Source of the DNA: Gemmatimonadales bacterium
Lineage (GTDB): Bacteria; Gemmatimonadota; Gemmatimonadetes; Gemmatimonadales; GWC2-71-9
Length of the DNA stretch: 64,000 nt
Direction of reading: 5' to 3'
Assembly (NCBI GenBank): GCA_035309945.1
Contig: DATGEQ010000035.1
Coordinates: 4,292-68,291, forward strand
Of this stretch, positions 57,614-64,000 are shown piece after piece. Made by a program: the position numbers and the translations under genes. The notes below the pieces were generated by a model. The model saw only the letters and a program-made list of their open reading frames with translations. It did no database searches and was not told where the DNA came from. Position 1 is the first letter of the stretch, and each line of letters starts with the position of its first letter.

Positions 57614-58660
57614 TCAACTCACCCGGATGGTACCCGCTACGCCGCGCACGAGCCGGCCGATGCGCGCCGCGGCGGGCGTTCCCTCGCGCTCGAGCGCCGC
57701 GATCAGCGTATTGGCGCGATCGTTATCCACCGCGATCAGGAGCCCGCCCGATGTCTGCGCGTCGAACAACAGCGTACGCACGGGGGCCGGCACTTCAGCG
57801 GCGATCTGCACGTGCGGTGATAACGCTTCCTGATTTCGCTTGGTCCCACCGGGGATAGCGCCGCGCTCGACCAGCTCGACGGCTTTGGGGAGCAGGGGGA
57901 CCGCCGCCGCATCGATCTCGGCGGCCACGCCGCTGGCGAGGACCATGTTATGCAGGTGGCCGAGGAGTCCAAAGCCCGTGACGTCGGTGGCGGCGTGCAC
58001 GCCACCACCCGTCGCGCGCATCGCGCGCGCGGCGCCGGCGTTGAGCGTGGTCATCGACTGCACGGCCGGCGCGATGTCGGCCGCGGTCGCGAGGTCGCGC
58101 TTGAGTGCGGTGGTCAGGATGCCGGTACCGATCGGCTTGGTGAGAACGAGGGCATCACCCACCCGCGCGCGCGCCAGCGTCACGATGCGATGCGGATGCA
58201 CTTCACCGACCGCGACCATGCCGTACTTGGGCTCGGGGTCGTCCACGGAATGGCCGCCGAGGATGAACGCCCCCGCCTCCTTGGCGATGTCCGCGCCGCC
58301 GCGCAGCACCTCGCCGAGCAGCTCGTAGGGAAGCTTGTCGCGGGGCCAGCCGACGAGGTTCAGCGCGAGCAGCGGCGTCGCCCCCATCGCGTAGATGTCG
58401 GAGAAGGCGTTCGCGGCGGCAATGCGGCCGAAGTCGTATGGATCGTCGACGAGGGGCGTGAAGAAATCGACGGTCGCCACGATCGCGCGGTCCGGCGTCA
58501 ATTGGTACACGCCGGCGTCATCCCGCGTCGAAGCATCGACCAGGATGCGTGGATCCGAGATGGTCGGCACGTGGCGCAAGACCTGCGCCAGCTCGGCGGG
58601 GCCGAGCTTGCAGGCTCAGCCGGCGCCGTGCGAGAGCGCGGTCAGGCGAACAGTCGTCAT
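57614..58660 (-). CDS. selD: Selenide, water dikinase (selenophosphate synthetase) containing selenocysteine at codon 15
   Basis: From ATG 58660: MTTVRLTALSHGAG-UGA-ACKLGP. DDAGVY, TVDFFTP, GGHSVDD, TDVTGFGLLGH, DAQTSGGLL. Confidence 0.95.
58581..58615 (-). promoter_or_regulatory. SECIS-like hairpin immediately 3' of the selD UGA
   Basis: mRNA GCCUGC...GCAGGU outer stem and AGCUCGGC/GCCGAGCU inner stem. Confidence 0.65.
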
Positions 58661-58676
58661 TGTGCAGCGAAGATAG

Positions 58677-59057
58677 CTACGAAAGGCGCCAGGCGAGCAG
58701 GGCTCCGGCGACGACGCAACGCGCGAGATCACACACCGTATCGGCGACGTTCACCTTCGTCGGCAACGGGTCCGGTCCCTTCATGAACCATTTCGCGGAC
58801 GTCATCAGGGCCCCAATCAAAAGAAACAGCAGCCACCATCCACCGCTGCCGAGTGAATCGAACCACAGGGATGCAAGGAGCGTAAGCAGCAAAGCCTGAA
58901 CGATCCGTCGTGCGATGAGATGAGTCGGCATGCCGGTGTACACGGTGGCACCGGGAGGAATTGCCAGCTTGGTGACGACGTAGTTCTGGGCGTACGCGGC
59001 GATTTCGAACCATGCCGCGACGACGATCCACCCAATGACGAGTCGGCCGATGGTCAC
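58677..59057 (-). CDS. Small membrane protein
   Basis: Four hydrophobic segments. Confidence 0.55.
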   Translation of the reverse strand: MTIGRLVIGWIVVAAWFEIAAYAQNYVVTKLAIPPGATVYTGMPTHLIARRIVQALLLTLLASLWFDSLGSGGWWLLFLLIGALMTSAKWFMKGPDPLPTKVNVADTVCDLARCVVAGALLAWRLS

Positions 59058-60764
59058 TCAGCGCGACCCGGTGTAACCTGGCCCCCGGAGCCCGCGACCC
59101 GGACGCGCGCTCGTGATCTGGCCCTTGTTCAGCACCATCTGCCCGTTCACGAACACGTACTCGATTCCCACGGACGTCTGGTGCGGCTGCTCGAACGTCG
59201 CGCGATCGATGACCGTGGCGGGATTGAAGACGGTGATGTCGGCGTACATGCCCGGCTTCACGAGCCCGCGATCGGCGAGGCTGACGCGCTGGGCGGCGAG
59301 CGATGTCATCTTCCGCACCGCGAACTCGAGCGGGAAGAGCTTCAGATCGCGCGCGTAGTGGCCGAGGATGCGCGGGAACGTGCCGTAAGCGCGCGGATGT
59401 GCGGATTGGGCGCCGAAGGGACCATCGGGCGCGACGCCGCCGAAGTCGGTGTTCACCGCGACCCACCACTCCTTCATCGCGGCCCGGACGTCGTCCTCTC
59501 GCATGATCGCATACACGGCGTCGGTGCGATGTCCGCGCTCGGCTTCCACGATCTCGAAAATGGTTTCGATCGGATCCTTGTGTCGCAGTGCGGCGATCTG
59601 GGCGACCGTCTTGCCTTGCATGTAGCGCAGCGAATCCTGGAACGTCCCCGTGATGAGAATGCCGGCGCCGCCTCCCGCGGCGGAGTAGAACGCTTCGCCG
59701 GTAATCGGACTCGCCATTTCGCGGTGCAAGCGGGCGCGGGTCGCGCGATTGCGCAGCCGGATCAGTAGCGAGTCCATACCGCCGCTCTCGGCCCACGTTG
59801 GAATCGAAGCATCGAGCGACGTCGCCGCGCGAATGTACGGGTACTGATCGGCCGTGACGTCGAGCCCTGCCGCGCGCGCGGAATCGATGCGCGCCAGAAT
59901 GCGGGGCATCTGGCCCCACGTCCTCCGCCCCGAAACCTTGAGATGCGACACTTCGGCCGGGATCTGGGCCTCTCTGGCGATGGTGAACAGCTCGTTCAGC
60001 GCCGCGTCGATGTGCTCGCCTTCGTTGCGCATGTGCGACGCGTAGATGCCGCCGTGGCGCCTGGCGGCGCGCGCCAAAGCGATGAGCTCGTCGATCTTGG
60101 AGTAGCTCGCCGGCGCGTATTCGAGCGCCGTCCAGACGCCGAGCGCGCCTTGCTCCATCATCGTGTCCACGAGCGCCGTCATGTGCGCGAGCTCGTCGGG
60201 TGTGGGCGCGCGGTTCTCCTTGCCGACGACAGCCAGGCGCACCTGGGTGGCGCCGACGAATGTCGCGATGTTGAGCGACGAGCCTTGCTTCTCGAGCTGG
60301 GCGAAGTAGCCGTTCAGATCGCGCCAATCCTCGCGGAAGTGCCACTTCTTCATCGCATCGGAGTCGTCGAGCACGAGCTTGTCGGTGAGCGGCGCGACCG
60401 AGCCGCCCTCGCCCGTCACTTCGGTCGTAATGCCCTGCGTGATCTTCGACAGTACGCGGTTGTCGATCAGGACGTTGGTTTCCGACTGGCCCATCATGTC
60501 GATGAACCCGGGCGCGACGACCAGGCCGCTCACGTCCAGCGTTTCCCGCGCGGCCGCGTTGCCGAGGAAGCCGACGGCGACGATGCGGTCGCCGCGCAGC
60601 GCGACGTCGCCGCGATAGCGCGGGTTACCGCTGCCGTCGATGATCCAGCCGTTCTTGAGCACGACGTCGTATGGGCCGTCGTCACGCGCCGGCGGGGCCA
60701 TCCCACACGCGGTCAGCAATGAGAGGAATACCAGATAGCCGATAGCCGATAGCCGATAGGTCAT
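59058..60764 (-). CDS. N-acyl-D-amino-acid deacylase (D-aminoacylase) family, lipoprotein
   Basis: Lipobox LTAC. VVAPGFID, ASHMRNEG, SHLK, DQYPY, AHPRAYGTFPR, GMYADI.VF. Confidence 0.9.
   Translation of the reverse strand: MTYRLSAIGYLVFLSLLTACGMAPPARDDGPYDVVLKNGWIIDGSGNPRYRGDVALRGDRIVAVGFLGNAAARETLDVSGLVVAPGFIDMMGQSETNVLIDNRVLSKITQGITTEVTGEGGSVAPLTDKLVLDDSDAMKKWHFREDWRDLNGYFAQLEKQGSSLNIATFVGATQVRLAVVGKENRAPTPDELAHMTALVDTMMEQGALGVWTALEYAPASYSKIDELIALARAARRHGGIYASHMRNEGEHIDAALNELFTIAREAQIPAEVSHLKVSGRRTWGQMPRILARIDSARAAGLDVTADQYPYIRAATSLDASIPTWAESGGMDSLLIRLRNRATRARLHREMASPITGEAFYSAAGGGAGILITGTFQDSLRYMQGKTVAQIAALRHKDPIETIFEIVEAERGHRTDAVYAIMREDDVRAAMKEWWVAVNTDFGGVAPDGPFGAQSAHPRAYGTFPRILGHYARDLKLFPLEFAVRKMTSLAAQRVSLADRGLVKPGMYADITVFNPATVIDRATFEQPHQTSVGIEYVFVNGQMVLNKGQITSARPGRGLRGPGYTGSR
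60734..60760. repeat. Heptamer tandem repeat (GATAGCC)x3 plus a partial copy
   Basis: gatagcc gatagcc gatagcc gatagg, inside the first codons of the D-aminoacylase gene. Confidence 0.85.
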
Positions 60765-62110
60765 TTCCATGATGCCCTCAGAGAGTCAGGCCGGATCAGG
60801 CGTCCCCGGATCATGACCATCGCGATGTTGCGGGTCGCGGCGATGTTGTTCGCGGGGTTGGCATTGAGCACGACGAGATCCGCGACCTTCCCGCTCGCCA
60901 GCATTCCCAGGGAATCGGCGGCGAGCAGCTGCGCGCCACGGCGCGTCGCCGCCGTGATCGCCTCGAGTGGGGTCAGGCCGGCGGCGACGAGGAGCGCCAT
61001 CTCCTCGTGGAGTGAATAGCCGGGGATCAGCAGTTGGTTCGCGGCATCCGTGCCCGCCACGATGGCGCCGCCGGCGCGCTTGTACTCGCGCACGAATTGA
61101 TCCTGACGGCGCCGGGAGCGTCGGAACGCATCGAAGTCGGCCGCGCGCCAGCCGGTGCGCTGCAGCAAACTCGGGACGCTGCGCACGCTTGCCGCGCTGT
61201 TCGGGACGTCTTCCATGCCGGGGCGCGTCAGCAGAATCGGATCGTCGAGTCGAGACAGCATGTCGTGCACGATGAGCGTCGGGACTATCGCCACGCGGGT
61301 CTGCGCGAGCGCGCGGGCCGTCCGGGCGACAGCCGCCGAATCGAGCGTCGCCCAGCCTTTTTCTTCGGCCGTCCAGCCGGCGAGGAAGTTGTTGTGCGCG
61401 TTGGCGTAGCTTGGATCGCCGGTTGCGGCTTGGACGATGCCCGACATGTGTTCGATCGAGACGACGCCGGCCCGCGCCGCGGTCAGCGCGTCGGTCTTTC
61501 CGAGATGTGCGGCGACCGGAAGCTTGAGCTTCTGGGCTTCATCGATGAGCGGCCGGAGCAGAGCCGGCGTGATCTTCGTGTAGACCTTCAGGTAATCCAC
61601 GCCCGCGACCGCGTGCTGGTCGACGGCACGCCGCGCTTGATCGGGCGTCGCGACGCCGGTCGCATTGGCATAGGTGGGCGGCACGCCGTCGATCATCGCG
61701 CCGGCGCTGAACATCCGCGGTCCGAACACCGAGCCGAGGTTCAGGTCTTTGCGAAGCGCGAGGACGGAGTCGGTGCCGCCGTGCAGATCGCGCACGGTCG
61801 TCACGCCCCACGCGACGTAGCGCGCCGCCGCCCAGCGCTCCACGTGGGCATGCGCGTCGATCAGACCCGGGATGATCGTTTTCCCCACCACGCTGATCTC
61901 TTGAGCGCCCCGCGGGATGGGAATTTCGTTGACGCGGGCGATCGACTCGATGTGACCGTTCCGAATGATGATGACGGCGTCCTGCTTGGGAGGTCCGCCG
62001 CTGCCATCGATCAACGTCGCGCCTTCGAGCGCGATGAGTTGATCTTTGGGCGGAAGGAGCTTGCTGCAACCAACGAGACCGAGAAGCAGCAACCACGCTG
62101 AGCGGTTCAC
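60761..62110 (-). CDS. Secreted amidohydrolase-family protein
   Basis: Lipobox LVGC. IIPGLIDAHAH, GVTTVRD, AGTDA, GKVADLVVL.ANP. Confidence 0.88.
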   Translation of the reverse strand: MNRSAWLLLLGLVGCSKLLPPKDQLIALEGATLIDGSGGPPKQDAVIIIRNGHIESIARVNEIPIPRGAQEISVVGKTIIPGLIDAHAHVERWAAARYVAWGVTTVRDLHGGTDSVLALRKDLNLGSVFGPRMFSAGAMIDGVPPTYANATGVATPDQARRAVDQHAVAGVDYLKVYTKITPALLRPLIDEAQKLKLPVAAHLGKTDALTAARAGVVSIEHMSGIVQAATGDPSYANAHNNFLAGWTAEEKGWATLDSAAVARTARALAQTRVAIVPTLIVHDMLSRLDDPILLTRPGMEDVPNSAASVRSVPSLLQRTGWRAADFDAFRRSRRRQDQFVREYKRAGGAIVAGTDAANQLLIPGYSLHEEMALLVAAGLTPLEAITAATRRGAQLLAADSLGMLASGKVADLVVLNANPANNIAATRNIAMVMIRGRLIRPDSLRASWK

Positions 62111-62559
62111 TTCGTATCGGCTGAGGTGTGATCGTGGAGAATCCGCCACCGATCGCCTTGCTTTTGGAGAACCAGCGTGAACGGACCGCTGGCTACCACC
62201 GAGTCTCGCCGCGAGAGCTTGAATCGAGCCGTTGCGTAGGCGAAATCCGGCGTGAGCACCCGCACGTGCAGCTCGTCGAACGACAGCGAGTCGCGCGACT
62301 TGCCGGGCGCGAAGTAGTTCTTTTGGTAGCGATCGTAGAGCGCCTGCCAACCGTACTGGACGTGGCCATTCGACATGTAGCTCGTGAGCGAGTCGCGAGC
62401 GTAGTCGCTCATGAAACCGGCGAGGTCGCCGTGATTCCAGTCCGACGCGGACCGCTGCAGCATCGCCGCGATCTCTTGCGGCGGATTGCCGAGGTTCTCA
62501 CGCGGCGCGGAACAGGCCATTGCCGCCGAGATTAAAACGACGCACGACGCACGTCGCAC
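62107..62559 (-). CDS. NTF2-like (DUF4440/YybH) lipoprotein
   Basis: WNHGDLAGFM..Y, SGPFTLV...GDRWRILHDHTS. SD AAGGAG. Confidence 0.85.
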   Translation of the reverse strand: MRRASCVVLISAAMACSAPRENLGNPPQEIAAMLQRSASDWNHGDLAGFMSDYARDSLTSYMSNGHVQYGWQALYDRYQKNYFAPGKSRDSLSFDELHVRVLTPDFAYATARFKLSRRDSVVASGPFTLVLQKQGDRWRILHDHTSADTK

Positions 62560-62578
62560 CGTTGTCTCCTTAACGTAG

Positions 62579-62611
62579 CCGCGGGAGCGTCTCGTCGAGA
62601 CGCTCCCGCGG
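62579..62611. repeat. Perfect 16-bp inverted repeat (terminator or stabilising hairpin)
   Basis: CCGCGGGAGCGTCTCG-T-CGAGACGCTCCCGCGG. Confidence 0.8.
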
Positions 62612-62629
62612 ATGTTCTAGCGAATGGTC

Positions 62630-62875
62630 CTAGCGGCGGCGTTTTTTCTTGGCTGCCTTTTTCTTTTTCGCCGGTTTCTTTTTCGCCTTGGGCCGGGCCT
62701 TCTTCGCGGCTTTCTTCTTCTTCCTCGCCTTTGGCTTGGAAGACGGGCGCGGCGACGACTCTTCCATCGGCTCCGACGATGGCATGGGCGAGGGCGTGGG
62801 CATCGACGGGAATGTCGGCTCCATGAACCCCGGTCCAGGCCAACTGCTCTCCGGTACGTCCGTCTGCTCAAGCAT
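62630..62875 (-). CDS. Small bipartite protein: acidic Pro-rich N-terminus, Lys/Ala-rich histone-H1-like tail
   Basis: SD AGGAG before the ATG. Tail KPKARKKKKAAKKARPKAKKKPAKKKKAAKKKRRR. Confidence 0.7.
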   Translation of the reverse strand: MLEQTDVPESSWPGPGFMEPTFPSMPTPSPMPSSEPMEESSPRPSSKPKARKKKKAAKKARPKAKKKPAKKKKAAKKKRRR

Positions 62876-63049
62876 CGGATCTTCTCCTATGCTGATAGGT
62901 GCGGGGGCGTCGTGGGTGGCCTATAGCTTACCCCGGGATTCTGACCTCGCAAGTGATAGGGACTACCACGGTTTCGGTCTCGCGAGTGACGGCATGCTGT
63001 GACAAGTTGGCTTGACAACGCCATTTAGCCGGACACACATTCGCGAGCC

Positions 63050-64000
63050 ATGACTAGACGGGGATTCGTCGCGGCGCTCGCGCTGTCTGTCCCATGCACG
63101 GCTACGGCGCAAAGTGTCGCCGAGGTGCAGGTCGCACCGCCAACGGTGTCGATCCGCGTGGGCGAGCGCACCGGTCTGCTCGCGACTGCCTTCGATCGCA
63201 TCGGCAATGTTGTGCCCACGGTGCGGATCATCTGGTCGTCGAACAACGTGAACATCGCGAAGGTCGACAACAACGGCACCGTCACCGGCGTCGCCAACGG
63301 CGTGGCGATCATCGAAGCCCGCGTCGGCGTGCGTCGCGGGCAAGCCGCCGTCCAGGTTACGGGTGGCAGCGGCCCTGCCCAGCCGCCTCCAGCGCCGCCC
63401 CCGCCCCCGCCGCCCGCGGGACCTGATCCCTTCGCCGGTCAGCCACCCGGCACTGGACCGGCCGCGGCGCTGCGACTCGAGCCCGCCGTCGTCTATCTGT
63501 TGCCATCCGAGAACACCCGCGTATCGCCGCGCGCCCTGAAAGAGGACGGCTCGGCGGCGGCGCCGGTTGCCGTCACGTGGACATCGCTGCGGGCGGATGT
63601 CGCGAGCGTGGACCAGAGCGGCAACGTCGTCGCCCTCGCTCCCGGACAAGGCACCATCCAGGCAACCGCCTCAGGCGCTGCCGGCCTGACCGCGACGGCG
63701 CCGGTCGTGGTCCAACAGGCGGAATTCTCGGTGCGCGAGGGCTCTCCGGTGATGCTGTCGCCGGGAGACGTCGATACGCTGCACGTGATCGTCGCGACGC
63801 AGAACAACCGCACGGTGAATCCGCTCGTGCTGCAGTGGTCGTCCAACGATCAGAGCGTCGCGCGCGTGAGCCTGGCGGGCGTGGTCACCGCTGTCGGTCC
63901 GGGGAAGGCGATTCTGACCGTCTCCGGATTGCTCCAGAACAAGAACGTCGACGTGTCTGTCCATAAAGTCGTGGACAAGCTGGCCGTCGTGCCGCGGTCA
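63050..64000 (+). CDS. Secreted protein with tandem Ig-like (Big_2) domains, 5' part (runs off window edge)
   Basis: Manual translation: MTRRGFVAALALSVPCTATAQ, WSSNNVNIAKVD..GTVTGVANG, WTSLRADVASVD.SG, WSSNDQSVARVS..GVVTAVGPG, poly-Pro linker. Promoter TTGACA-N18-CACATT upstream. Confidence 0.88.
   Translation, partial: MTRRGFVAALALSVPCTATAQSVAEVQVAPPTVSIRVGERTGLLATAFDRIGNVVPTVRIIWSSNNVNIAKVDNNGTVTGVANGVAIIEARVGVRRGQAAVQVTGGSGPAQPPPAPPPPPPPAGPDPFAGQPPGTGPAAALRLEPAVVYLLPSENTRVSPRALKEDGSAAAPVAVTWTSLRADVASVDQSGNVVALAPGQGTIQATASGAAGLTATAPVVVQQAEFSVREGSPVMLSPGDVDTLHVIVATQNNRTVNPLVLQWSSNDQSVARVSLAGVVTAVGPGKAILTVSGLLQNKNVDVSVHKVVDKLAVVPRS

Noticed and set aside
1-64000. CRISPR arrays, tRNA/rRNA, IS elements, integrases, prophage genes
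   Set aside because: No repeat-spacer arrays, tRNA cloverleaf strings, transposase, recombinase or phage motifs seen on either strand by eye.

Overview
GC-rich bacterial window, almost fully protein-coding. The gene repertoire (Plug-like and Big_2 proteins, a DUF1800/DUF1501 pair, EF-G2) suggests Gemmatimonadota, which is an inference. I found no tRNA, rRNA, CRISPR array, transposase or integrase. Highlights: (1) A five-gene multiheme cytochrome/outer-membrane beta-barrel operon (1038-7895) carries 45 heme-binding motifs counted by eye, including a NapC/NirT-like membrane domain fused to a 20-heme chain, and looks like a self-contained quinol-to-surface electron conduit. (2) Arrays of YTHA repeats phased at 11 bp, mostly at a fixed distance from -10-like hexamers, recur upstream of that operon, of an unannotated ~145-nt structured RNA, of hsp20 and of a DUF2892 gene, suggesting one regulon. 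(3) An operon encodes two Ddl-like ATP-grasp ligases, a GNAT, a lysine 2,3-aminomutase (probable CTG start) and a BNR lipoprotein, a candidate beta-lysine peptide pathway. (4) selD has an in-frame UGA (selenocysteine) plus a SECIS-like hairpin. (5) A candidate leaderless-peptide attenuator precedes a HAD phosphatase. (6) A DUF72 remnant, a heptamer tandem repeat in a signal peptide, and many apparently leaderless genes are also present. The rest is ordinary metabolism (acnA, gltB, aguBA, thyX, thiolase/hbd, rnhA, transporters, hydrolases).
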